DNA from: Octopus vulgaris
Lineage: Eukaryota
Assembly: GCA_951406725.2 (NCBI GenBank)
Contig: OX597821.1
Coordinates: forward strand, 53,072,001 to 53,136,000
Direction of reading: 5' to 3'
Length of the DNA stretch: 64,000 nt
The stretch's first letter is position 1. The number at the start of each line of letters is the position of its first letter. The notes under the pieces are model-generated. The model saw only the letters and a list, made by a program, of their open reading frames with translations. It made no database searches and had not been told where the DNA came from. The position numbers and the translations under genes are program-made. Shown in pieces: positions 14,961 to 27,477 of this stretch.

Positions 14961-15689
14961 GCAAGTTCATGTAATTGTGTCCAGAATTACATTATTTGTG
15001 TGTAAAGGGAATAACGTTAATATTGAACAGTTGTTATCATACAGAAAATATTAGTCATCTCATGTTTATCTATTACATAATCACATGGAAGGAAATATAT
15101 GCACATTCATAGGGAATAGCTTTGTTCTATTTTCAACTATTAAATCTTACAACAAAGGTAAAACAAGTACGCAGTTTTGCTTTCAATCATATAGCCCTAT
15201 ATTTATCTATCTACCTATCTATCTACATAGATGTCCTTGGTAGAGTATATAACAGTGTGAAGGAAAGATAGAGAGAAATGTATGAGAGCAATAACAAGCC
15301 GGTATAGTGAGTGAGTTTGAAGGGGATGTATGTATACACACACGCACACATACACACTAACACATATGTACATGTGCTCATCTATTCTTACATACGCATA
15401 TACAAAATACACGCAGATATATACACGTACGCGGCTATATACACGTAAGTGGATAGAGACGGACATATATAGATGCTTGGTTGCAAACAGGTCACTGTGC
15501 ATACATATATACATGCACACATTCACACTCTCGCGTGGTCATCATCTATTCATATAGGGTGATAAAGGAAATTAAGCGAGTAGGGTAGAAAGTTTACTGA
15601 TAAGTAATGAGAAATGCTTCATGTATAAATGCCAGGTAGCCTCATTGTATTTTTGACCAACAGTGTGGGCTAGTGTTCTTATAGTGCCA

Positions 15690-16720
15690 GATGGATAGCC
15701 AGGTGGATAGTGCATGATAATAATAGGTGACGTGTTAAGTATTTCTTCAGTTGCGGAGAGATCATAAATTCTAATATAGGTATTCTTAATTACGCTATTT
15801 AATCAGATCTATGGTAATTAAAATGGACGTTAATATATTTTACACATTCATGACTCTGCTCAGCTCACAGACCTGCAGTAACATTTTATGTGTTTCCCTG
15901 AAATCCATGGTGGACTTTATTACGATCATGCTCTCATGAGAGACCCTTCATATATTCTTTGCTAATTTTATCTTAACTATTGCATTAGAGGATACCACTA
16001 AGAATCCAGCTTCCATGACGTAACCTTAGATCCTTCGTTATATCTCTTGTACCACAAGCCTAATGAATATATAAAGAATATGAACGTCCATTCTAATCAC
16101 CATAGTTCTGTTTTAAATAGCATTATTAAGGCTATCCCAATTAGAGTTTTTGATCTGTCTTCAACCTAGGAAATATTTAATAATCAAGTCACCTACTGTA
16201 AATCAAGCACTACCCACCAGCGTTTATCACACACGATAAAATACTTGTTTAATAGTAAGCTTTAGAACCTCCGAGCACAATTAGATACTAATTCTATACA
16301 CCTCAAAGCAACAGATATAACCACGCACTGTAGATAGGAACACCTAACCAAATACCCCACACCGTAACAATCAACTTACCGAAAGTATCCAACAGCCATT
16401 TCAGCTCCACCCAAAAACTCATGTAAAATATAATCCTGAAATTAGAGTTGTTTTCCAAATACTGAGTAGAAAATGAAATTCTAAGACCCTAAGATTACCT
16501 AATAAAAGCGAGAGAGGTGGAGTAACCTAATTTGGTTTACACGCAGCTCCTCTTTAAATGTGAGGGCACAATTGTTTGCCATTATCCAATCTAATTTCCT
16601 TCCTCACTACAAGTACCAATAAATATTTAACCTTTCTACGCGTAAATTATCCTACACTACTTCACCTAGTATCGGATCCATCATAGCCCGGGCTAGTACG
16701 CGCCAATCTACTAAACATCT
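15690..16720 (+). mobile_element. Penelope-like retroelement remnant with inverted 5' segment
   Basis: + strand MNVHSNHHSSVLNSIIKAIPIRVFDLSST*EIF and IWFT...KYQ*IFN..TRKLSYT match the Penelope-like RT thumb/linker pattern; 15720-15850 is an inverted diverged copy of 16064-16200. Confidence 0.7.
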
Positions 16721-16784
16721 AATCGACATTACCCCTCCACAACATTCAGGCTTTGTGATATAATAGAAAGGATTATTATTATTA

Positions 16785-17765
16785 TATGTTTGACTTTTGC
16801 TTTACATTTGTACAAGTTGGCTCCAAGTCTCACCCAGAGACCTCAAGAGACAACAAGTTAGAAGTCCATGTTGGTGTTATGCCTATGGTACCATATAATT
16901 GGTTTTGTACATAGTGTTGTTCTAGAGAATGTTTAAGAAACCATAAGAAAATTATGAGTTTTTTATTTTTTTTATTTGAGATTACATAGATAGTATTTTA
17001 CGTAGGATATGGGCAGTTCCCATGAGCACTATCTTATGAATTTCTGTCATTTTGGGGTTTCCTGATATTTGAGCTAGGTAGCAGTCAGCCCCTTTTACTA
17101 TCCTTCCTAGGGCACCTATGACAACAGGTATTGTTTTAGTCTTCGAGTTCTACAGTTTGCTAATTTCTATTACAAGATCTTTATGCTTGCTCAGTTTTTG
17201 GTAGGTCTGGACGGATACGTTTATAGCGATTTGGGCAGTCATATCAATGAGGAGGCAGGATTTTTGTCTGAAGTCTTTCAATATGATATCTGGCCTATTT
17301 CCATCTATCTTTCTGTCAGTTTGAATGGTGAAGTTCCAGAGGAGTGAGATGTGATGATTCTCAAGCACTGGAAGTGGTTTGTGTTCCCCCCAGTTTTTAT
17401 CGTGGGCAAGTCCAGATTTTTGCTAATTACCTAGTGAATATATTGTGCAGCTGTATCATGCCTGGTGAGATATTCTGTAGGCGCAAGAAGACTGGACAAA
17501 GGGACAACATGATTAATGGTTTCATTTTGTTGTTGACGTACACGACGTGTTGGGAACCTGGCGTTCTTTAATATGTTGAGCTGGTAGTTCTTTGTAGGTA
17601 GGCATTGATCTTGAGCTGCTATGATAAACCTTTCTGTTTCTGATTTTAATTCAGAAGCCATTAGCCATTGATGGGTACGGGCTTTGTCAACATCGGCATT
17701 ATTCGCTCTCTTTGGGTATTTGCCATAGAGAGGTTTTTCTTGCCACTTATCGGTCAGAATATCTA
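16785..17765 (-). mobile_element. R4/Dong-like non-LTR retrotransposon, 3' part (restriction-like endonuclease)
   Basis: LKSETERFIIAAQDQ, zinc-knuckle remnant, RHD, LLWNFTIQTD...NRPDII...LLID, IPVVIGALG; 3' end runs into (TAA)n. Confidence 0.9.
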
Positions 17766-17865
17766 AGGCAGAAGGTTTGGCACGGTTTTTTTTATTACTA
17801 TTACTACTACTATTATTACTATTATTATTATTATTATTATTATTATTTTCATTATTATCATTAAC

Positions 17866-18085
17866 GAAGGTGGTGAGCTTGCAGAATCGTTAGCACGCCG
17901 GACAAAATGCTTTGCGGTATTTCGTCCGTCTTCACCTTCAGAGTTCAAATTCTGCCGAGGCCCACTTTGCCTTTCATCCTTTAGTAGTCGATAAAATAAG
18001 TACCAGTGGAGTACTGGGGTCGGTGTAATTGACTATCTCCCTCCTCTAAATTTCAGGCTTTGTGCCTACAGTAGAAAGGATTATT
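17866..18085 (+). mobile_element. tRNA-derived SINE, family S2 (GCCTTTCATCCT...GTCGATAAA..AGTACCAG core)
   Basis: GGTGAGCTTGCAGAATCGTTAGCACGCCGG head, GAGTTCAAATT B-box, conserved central motif; many copies in the window. Confidence 0.85.
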
Positions 18086-18369
18086 ATTATTAAACAAACA
18101 CCATTAGGCTTTCTCTTCTCGCGCTTATAGTTTCATTGAAACGTTTAGATATTCCATTGAATCCAAATGCTATTTGACGATTACCGTCTCTGTACCTTTT
18201 TCACAATTTATTTTAACTAGTATGTAATTCTGAAGATCGTATAAGCTCAATCAATTAAATTACTGTATTTACCTTATGCTAAAAATCCTCCTTTAGCCCT
18301 TTTCCCTAACTCACCTGGCTTACAGCTTAACACTATATTTACATACTAGTTAAAAGCACACACACACGC

Positions 18370-18409
<40 letters not shown>

Positions 18410-18470
18410 TATGTAATTGCCTTACCAGTCTTCGTTACTCAACATAGCGAATTACTTCATTTTATCATTG

Positions 18471-18810
18471 TTCTTTTCTTCGTTTCAGTCATTTGACTGC
18501 GGTCATGCTGGAACAACGCCTATAGTCGAACAAAATGATCCCAAGATTTATTCTTTGAAAGCGTAGTACTTACTCAATAGGTCTGTTTTGCCAAACCGCT
18601 AAGTTACGGAGACGTGAACACACCAGTATCGGTTGTCAAGCGATGGTGGAGGGACAAACACAAGAACACACACACAACACACGCATATATATATACGACA
18701 GACTTATTTCAGTTTTCGTCTACCGGGGCTACAGCAGAAGGCACTTGCCCAAGGTCCGAAGCCATGTGGTTGGTAAGCAAGCTACATACACCTCACCCAC
18801 TCTTGCGCCT
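18471..18810 (-). mobile_element. tRNA-derived SINE, family S1 (internal CA/TA tract)
   Basis: Shares head, body and tail with copies at 34363, 58588 and 61625; has an internal deletion. Confidence 0.85.
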
Positions 18811-19182
18811 ATTATTCATTATTACTCAATTTATTTCATCCCTAGATTATTATTCATTGGAACCTAGCAATGATTTTATTTATCTATTCCCAATACACAT
18901 ATATTTTCACAAACATTTCAAAATCTAACATTTTAATATTATTTGCTTAAATAGCTAAAATCATTATAACCAGTTGAACTTTATATCTCCGTACCACTGC
19001 TTACATTATCATATTCATTATTGTAAGGGCATATAAAAGTTGCTATTTTATGATGTCGGCTACGGCCCCGTAATTCCACCCTGCAACAGCAATTTTATGG
19101 GATTGGTCACGAAAAACATATGATTCTTGGAAATGCGCGTAGCGATATATTAAAATATTTATAAATTTCATCCATGGATTAT

Positions 19183-19270
<88 letters not shown>

Positions 19271-19669
19271 GTATGTATGCATATATACTATTAACATTGT
19301 CAGTGTATGTCCATGAAAAACCATCCATAATTTAACGCCAGTCAAAAATGTTGAGTATCACTCACCTTCTTGATGGATAGCAAATGATAATTGAATCATT
19401 TTACATTTTAAACTTTTGCAATTTATATTATGTGTATGGAAAGAAAGTTATAATACTCTGTAGTAATTCACTACTGAACGGACATAATTTGCATTATTTC
19501 AATTAGATTTTAATACGAGTAATGTTTTTAGAATACATACGAAATTATTTTTTCTTAGAATAGTTAGGAAATAATATTTTTATAAGTTCGCAACATGATT
19601 TTAATTCGAATATTAAGAAAACTTGTATTGTAATATAAGACCTCATTCGCTCTTCATATTTTATTTTGC

Positions 19670-19900
19670 AATTTGGTCTTTACAATAAGACTGTCTTTTA
19701 AACATGTCAGTTCCATATGGCAACTTGTTCAGGGTGATTTCATTACCCAAGAAAAAAAACTTCGAGACAATATGATTGCAGCGGATGAATTTCGTTATTT
19801 TGTGGCTGAATTAAATGGTAACGACAGCTTGTTCGGAATATTAATGAAGATTACAGAACAAATTACTGCAATTTCCATGGCAAAGAAATTGGAAAATAGT
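19670..19900 (+). pseudogene. Decayed Ig-like (V/I-set-like) exon
   Basis: Across frameshifts: GLYNKTVF*TCQFH...*FHY...DEFRYFVAELNGNDSL/VRNINEDYRTNYCNFHGKEIG; stops fall where L of LTC and the C-strand W are expected. Confidence 0.5.
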
Positions 19901-20242
19901 AAATAATATATTTACAAACATATGCATAAACATGTGCACACATGCGCACTCATGCACACATGCAGACATTCACACGCTCACAGAAACACACTAGCGTACA
20001 GACACTATTAATTTTACCTCTACTAAAGTAGAAAACGTATGTCCATAGACACACATATACACACAAGCAAACATACTTACATATAGCAAGGTTAACATAG
20101 CAACTAGTATGTACACTCAAAGATGTACCAATATACAAAACATTTACTTATGCATATATACATAAGTCAATACGCAAATTGCCATACGGATGACATGAAT
20201 GGTTGCACACAAATACATAGGCACTTACATACAAACATACAT

Positions 20243-20306
<64 letters not shown>

Positions 20307-20649
20307 ATAAATATATGTAAGTGCGTATGCATTATGAAGGTAAATATTTCATCAACCAATCACCGAAAGTGGCGTGAATAGTCTCCTATATGTTTAGTAG
20401 TGAATTTTCCAATAAGTATTCCTGATGTGAACTTGAAAGGAGTAGGATGACATTACCACAGCAAAGGCCAAGAGGAAAGACATATTGCATACCATTAAAT
20501 AGTTATGCTTGTGTATATTTCTCATACAGTTGAAAAAACGCGACAATATCAATGTTAATTGTAGCATCCCATAGGGTGGTGACCATTTCAACCCATTATA
20601 TATCAATGGCTACGATTTTGCAATATAAGACTTCAACATAGATACGAAA

Positions 20650-21410
20650 TACTGAACAAGAGTCAGTGAAACGACCATAAATGCAGATTGAGTGTCATTC
20701 GAATACATACATACATATGCATTTGCAATCCAAGAAGAGACAATGCTACTAAATATCTAATAAACGAAAGAGACAGCGAAACCCTTGGAGTTCCAAGATG
20801 CAACCGAAAATGTAGATTTGGTCATATTTATGTGGAAGATATCCCATATGTTATCAGTAGCTGCCCATGAATGTCATCCAAGTTACTACCTTCCTATGCG
20901 ACATGACTTTGTTGCGAAACCCATATACACTTCCATTTTTTAACAAGACGGCTCTGGAATAAATATAAAGAATCCCCAATTTTGAATACATACACACACA
21001 TTAACCCAAGGAATACTGTTGGAACATCCCCGTCACATTTTTGAAGTGGGAACATAACAGGGCGTATGCTGTTGTTTGCGACGGACAAGAAAAAATATAT
21101 GCCGGCATAGAGGTTAGCTGTCCCATTGATGTGAATGTGTCTTTGAAAATCAAAGCGAAAAAATATACCTTTGGACTGACAACTTCGAAACTTCTAGTTA
21201 TTATATTAAGATTATGAATTCACATTTAAACCAATATTTATACCATTAATAATTCGTGCTCTTGACTTTTGTGTAAATGCTTAAGTGACAATCTGCATAT
21301 GGTAGACTTTTCAGAAAAAGAAATCAACCAAGTATCTCGCACAATTTGAATACGATTTAGAAGTTGAACAGTAAAATTATGCAAATATTTCCTCAAGTTT
21401 AAAATGTGAC
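20650..21410 (+). mobile_element. Decayed R4/Dong-like LINE 3' fragment
   Basis: YAFAIQEE, YYLPMRHD and SCPIDVNVSLKIK motifs homologous to 57650-58330. Confidence 0.75.
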
Positions 21411-21717
21411 ATTGTTTTTGTTATCTACATTCCAATAATGGAGCTTTGTTTCTGAGAAACTAATTCCTTCCCCAGAGGAAGAATTTAGATAAATTAGAAC
21501 AGAAAAGAACACATAGGTTACTTCGTAAATAATACAGGTGTTAATTTAACTATTAATTACTTTACAATTCTTTATAATTTCACAGATCGGTAGATTAAAT
21601 CTTGCTCAATGAAAACTCTTCTTGTTTTGTTCATTGCAAATAATGTTTTTTCTTCGGTAGTCGCAAAAGAATGCAAAGCAAAGTTGACTACGGCAGGGAA
21701 TGAAACCGGAACGTAAC

Positions 21718-22065
21718 TACTCTTTTACTTGTTTCAGTCATTTGACTACGACCCCAGGGACTTATTCTTTATAAGCCTAGTACTTATTCTATCGGTCTCT
21801 TTTGCCGAACCGCTATGTTACGGGGACGTAAATACACCAGCATCGATTATCAAGCGATGTGGGAAGGACAAACACAGACACACAAACATATACACCCACA
21901 CATACATATATACATATACATATATTCGACGAGCTTCTTTCAGTTTCCGTCTACCAAATCCACTCAAGGCTTTGGTCGGCCCGACGCTATAGTAGAAAAC
22001 ACTTCCGCAAGATTCCACGCAGTGGGACCGAACCCGGAACCATTTGGTTGATAAGCAAGCTACTT
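21718..22065 (-). mobile_element. SINE S1 body; its 5' end is displaced to 24529-24551 by nested insertions
   Basis: Matches the S1 consensus up to ...TAAGCAAGCTACTT (22065); the missing ACCACACAGCCACTC appears as ACTACACAGTCACTC at 24537-24551. Confidence 0.9.
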
Positions 22066-24050
22066 TTATTCATAAAATTGGCCATGAAAGCCGTTCACAG
22101 ATGAGTAGCTGCGGGCTGGACAAAAACATTAATGAGATGAGGATGATAATGATGAACAAAAATGGGAGGGGCACCGGCGCCCACTGACCGATAACCCCTC
22201 GAAATCACTGTTCTTCTATTCAATTTTACACAAAATATCACAAAAATTACAAAATTTTTCTTAATCTTCCTCTTTCTCATCCGAGCCCCTGCATAAGTTC
22301 CCTGTCGCTTGTAGGAAAGCCTGCATAGGAATAAAAGCAAATCATTATTTTTCAAAGGTCACAAAGACCTCAAAAAGTTGTTTTTGTGTTATGACCCAGC
22401 TTGGACAGTCAATGCAGACCGAGTCGTAACGTTGTCGGTCGAGAAGCCTGTTCAAGAATCTCTCGACAGCCCCTCCCTTGTGATAGAAAATGACGGGTTC
22501 CACTTCTTCTTCACTGGGAGGGGCCTCGGCCTACTCTGTCAGTGGCACAATTTCCACTGACGGAGTCTTTTCTGCCGGTGGCACACATCCCACTGCCAGA
22601 TCATTGGGATCTGTCGGCGGCACATCAACCTCCGCCGACCGTCTCCGATTTTACGTTTTCTTTTATTTCCCTTCTGTGGGCTCGCGGTGGTCAGAGCCTC
22701 TATCGGATTATCCGTGAGGTTTGCCTCCTCTTTTGGTGAGCAACCATTGTTGCTCGCCTTTCTTTCCCTTTTCGGTGAGGCAACGGCCTCCACTACTTTC
22801 TCTATACCGTTGCATACCCGACACCACTGGGTATAAGTAATTTTTTGCTGGCAAACATTTTGCCAGCTCTTTATCAATGATACTCTTGTCGAAGGGGGTG
22901 ATGGCGTCACGTGACCTAGAATAGATCCGTAGTACCACCGTCCTCCTCTTAAGGTTTTCAAGCTACTGCTTGGGTGGGACAATCTCCCACTCCAAAGCGG
23001 TGGCCTTATTTTCCTTCATATTAAAATGTCCACATAAAATAAACAACAAACAAAAATTCTAAATATAGGAAAAATAGAGAAAACTATTCAATAAAGGCGG
23101 AAGAAATGAAAATAATAGTTCTTATCAAAAATTGTTCGAAAAAGAAAAAACAACAGTTCACAAGGAGTGAATAAAAATATATAGTTCCAGGCAGAAAAAT
23201 AAAATTCAGGCCACAATGGTACTCCGGCCCTATTCGATCTCGGCTCCTTTGCAGCTCTCAATTTGATGGTAAAATCAAGTTCTTTGCTTGTAACTAAGTA
23301 AAAAAAAAATTTAATCTCTTCTTCAAATCCATAGTTTTCGAAACCTCTTAGTTGGTTTGAAAACAACAATAATTCTTCTTCAATTTTTCTCCACTGTAGA
23401 AAAACAACAATTTACATCAAATAATTCCTGGTTGCTTCCCGGGCTGTTCAAACAAGCCCTCCGACAACAACCCACCTACACACTTTGCTTGCAAAACAAG
23501 CAACAAATTCACCGCCAAGAGTAATCGAAAATGTCCCAGAGCAGGGCAGAATATACTGTAATAAAAATAAGACAATAATTCTACAAACCCGCTCACCCTA
23601 ACGTCGACCAGCTACACATCTTCAATAAAGGCGGAAGAAAATTTGTTCAATCTTCGGAGGCAAAGTTCTCACAATTTTTTTTAAATTCTTCAAAAATGAA
23701 CAAATTTTTAGTAGGCACAACACTCCTCCAAGCAACAATCCTCATAATTAAGTGAGAAAAATATTCACTCAACATAAGCCACTAACTAGGAAGATGAATA
23801 CGCCCCCAAACAAAAATTCTCACAATTAAACGAGAACAAATATTCGCTCCATGCCGGCAGAACCAGAATTCCGAATCCAGTAGGACTTCCTGCCTGTACA
23901 AAAAAAAAATCTCAACAAAAATTCCCACTGAACCCCCAAAAACAGAAGCATGGAGCTTCAAAATTTTTCGACTCGAGACGGCTTCAAAAGCATCTCTCAC
24001 CGCTTCAATGCCAAACACAATACTGACTCGCACATGCGCAGAAGTGACCT
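22066..24050 (-). mobile_element. Non-autonomous L1/Tx1-related element: long 5'UTR, degenerate ORF1-like frame, 3'UTR, no RT
   Basis: Flanked by TAAG(C/A)AAGCTACTT duplication (22052-22065, 24052-24065); ATG at 23019 (MKENKATALEWEIVPPKQ*LENLKRRTVVLRIYSR...) to about 22350; ends AATTTTATGAATAA. ORF1 identity is inferred from position. Confidence 0.7.
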
Positions 24051-24065
24051 GTAAGAAAGCTACTT

Positions 24066-24528
24066 TATTTCATGAAAATTCGCACTTAAGGTGTTACATG
24101 GAGAAGACATACAAGGATTGAGAAACATATAGGGTGAATTAGCTTCTCTTCCATACTGTTTCTTTCAGTATGGCTACTACGCAGGAAAAACAAGCCTTCT
24201 TTTCCCTGCTGGGGAAGGGAGGTGGCATAATCTCAATGATAGACTCCGCTGATAGCTGTACTCTTCCACTTACTGACAACAGTTGTTCGACAAAAGCGAT
24301 CAGTCCCGATAACTCCGGGCACTCCATGAATACGTGCAAGACGGGTTCCCTATCTCGCTCACATCGCGAACATGTCGGCGCACGGAAACACTGCCAGGCC
24401 AGGGATTTCTGGTAATTATCCAGATACCTCGGCCCGAACGTTCTCCGGAACAGGTTGACCAACTGATTTTCAACGTAGCCCAGGGTCTCTCCCAAGGCGT
24501 CTTCAGACTTAACCTCCACTAACCCGCT
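24066..24528 (-). mobile_element. 5'-truncated L1/Tx1-clade LINE, ORF2 C-terminal zinc finger
   Basis: LAWQCFR..TCSRCERDREPVLHVFMECP...ILKETVWKR (CxxC..HxFxxC and KxxxWxxR motifs); AGCTACTT duplication at 24058-24065 and 24529-24536; ends AATTTTCATGAAATA. Confidence 0.9.
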
Positions 24529-24649
24529 AGCTACTTACTACACAGTCACTCATAATGTTTTCGATACTCAAACCGTTACACTAATCCACGATCCTGTCAT
24601 ATTATTTAAAAATTGGCTACAAATTTTGGTACACAGCTAGCAATTATAC

Positions 24650-25060
24650 CAGGAATCAAATGCCAGTGATCAAATGGCTTTTACCCTATCGATCTCGGAG
24701 GGATGAAAGGCAGAGATGGCATCAGCGAGACTTATTAGCATGTACAGAGCCGAAAGAAACGCCGTTAAACATTTTGTAGAACACGTTAGCGATTCTGCCA
24801 GTTAGCCTTACATAGATTTCAAATAATTCTTTCTACTATAGGCACCAGGTCTGAAATATTTGGGAAGAATCCTAGTCGATTGCATCGAACTCAGTGCTCA
24901 GATGGTACTTATTTCATCGACATCGCAAAATATATAAATTGAAATGATGAAACGCAAAGTTAACTCCACCGGAATTTGAACACGGGACGTCAAATCGGAA
25001 GAAACTTCGTTCGGCAATTTGTTCGGCGTAGTAACGATTCTGCAAGCTGGCTACCCTTTA
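24650..25060 (-). mobile_element. Two tandem degenerate S2 SINEs
   Basis: GGATGAAAGGC and CGATTCTGC motifs (reverse complement of the S2 core and head) occur twice. Confidence 0.7.
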
Positions 25061-25977
25061 GCTTTTAAATAATAATAAATGAAACAAAACACAATGTTAT
25101 CTGAATGTACGTCTCTCAGGTTCTCTATTTGTCTGTATATGTTTTGGAGAGGAGAAATTATTCACGCACCATTCAAAATATATGTATTTCTATAGATTTA
25201 ATTCGTTTAGTGTATGTAACATCACCATTCAACGCATATATATGTTTGTGGTGTGTGTGTGTCTGTGTGTGCGTGCGTGCGTGTCTATGTGTGTGTCTGT
25301 GTGCATATTGTGGAAAATGACAATATTTGTTGCTTTCCGCATAAGTTCGCATTTATATACATATGCATTCATATTCTTTAAAATACAGAAAATAGTACTT
25401 CTTCCTTCCAATTATTATCTTAGCCAATATTCATTGAATTTCTTTTTTTTTATCTTTTATTGTCATGAAGTCTTCTTTTTCTTTTCTTTTTTTACTAATG
25501 CTTCAATAAATTACGTATTCATAAATCTTCATTACACAAATGTATATGCTTGGGTTTATTATATTTATATCTGCGTATATTTTTATGCCTTCCTATATAT
25601 TTTCCTGCTTATCCCCAAATACATATAGATATGGATTCAAATACCAATGTGTTTATCAAACAGTGGATTACAATTTAAACATATGTGCATATATATATTT
25701 GGCAAACAACCTACAGATTTTGTTTTTACTTTGTTCAGTAATTCTATAATTTCAATATTTCGTAATTTATCCATTCCTTTCGAAGAATGGAGAGTACGCA
25801 CTTCTTTATCTCTCTCTTCCTCTCTCCCCCCACGCTCCCTCCCTCACACACATACATACGCACACACATTTAACATATACATACATACATACATATTTAT
25901 ATAAACACTGCACCGAGAAGAGTAAGAAGACATCGGAAGTAAAATCTTATAACAGGTACAATATTGTACACGAACAC

Positions 25978-26180
25978 AAGGCAGAGATCTGGCAGAACCG
26001 TTAGGGCGCCGGACAAACGGTTATTGGCATTTGGTCCGGCTTTACGTTCTAAGATCAAATTCCGCCAAAATCTAGCTGTCATCGCTTCGGTGTCTACAAA
26101 ATAAATATGAGTTGATCACCAGATAATCGACTTACATAGCCGCCAAAATTGCTGGCCTCGTGCCAAAATTTGAAACCAGT
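25978..26180 (+). mobile_element. S2 SINE
   Basis: CTGGCAGAACCGTTAG...TTACGTTCT..GATCAAATTCCGCC...GCTGGCCTCGTGCCAAAATTTGAAACC. Confidence 0.75.
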
Positions 26181-26406
26181 GTTTTGTTAGAAAGGAGTAG
26201 TTATTTGCGGGGCAGGTATGTTTGTTTTATTCTCGCTCTCCTGAAAGTGGTGAGTTTGATTTCCCACTATTCCATTCCAGTAGCAAACAAATGAACGGTT
26301 GTCAGCGATGCCTTCTACTATTGAACGAATGTTGTTATTCACACGCATATATACATACGTACACACACATACACACACATGCACACACAGACACAGACAC
26401 ACACAC

Positions 26407-26454
<48 letters not shown>

Positions 26455-27079
26455 TATTTAAGAATAATATCATTTCAAGTTATTTTAATTCAAAATTTTA
26501 AAAAAAAATGCTTTAAATGCCACAAAATCTCTGCGAATAGATTTATATCTGATTGAAAGGATATTTTAGAGACGCATAAAGATGAAATCCGGTTTTGAAC
26601 TAAAATATCCGTTAACGTTTAAATTAATAAGCACGACTAGAAATAAACTAATGAACTCTATATTAAAATACCTAAATTTTATTTATCAAAAGTTGGTTGA
26701 TATATAGTTATATTTGTGTCTTGTCTTTTAAATATTTACTTTATTAATATATGAAAATGACATATTATTGAGAAAATGTTGTTGCTTGAGCTATCTTGGA
26801 ATAAATAAATATCATTAAGGGTGAATATTGTCATCAACAAACTATTTCCAGACACGCTATGTTAAAATCCAAACTGTCAGAAATATATGCTATATATCTA
26901 AGTATTATAGATATCCTGATGTATTTAATTGTCTTCACCTGCACAATAAACAATTCAAAGTTGATTTTCTGTAACATACATTCCCCATAAAATGTTTTAA
27001 AAGTGTTTTTTTTTTTTAAATTTAATTTATTACACATACTCATCTTCAAGAAATTACATCTCACTTTCGATAAAGCAAT

Positions 27080-27330
27080 TCCGTTTCTTACCTATTTGTA
27101 ATTGACCGAGAATTTAGCAGATAAACTTTTACCTAACATCTGTCCGCTGGATATTGTGTTCAAATCTTATAAAACGTTTTAGTCATTAAAGGCAACCGAG
27201 CCTTGACCATTCTGTCTTCTAGAAGTAAATTATCCAAGAGTCCACTCCAAGACAATAGGGTATATTTTGGAGGTGATTCATAGGAAATTGATTGCCCACT
27301 TAGAAGTTCGGGTATTAGCTCAAACCCCTC
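27080..27330 (+). pseudogene. Decayed Ig-like exon
   Basis: Across frameshifts: ICN...LTSVRW...ALTILSS...LQDNRVYF...AHLEVRV (C..VxW..LTI..DxxxY..LxV pattern). Confidence 0.4.
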
Positions 27331-27418
27331 TCTTTCTTTCTTTCCTTGATCAAGCGGCTGCAGGCGCATACATGCACTCACACAAACGCATATACACACG
27401 CGCATACACACACACACA

Positions 27419-27477
<59 letters not shown>

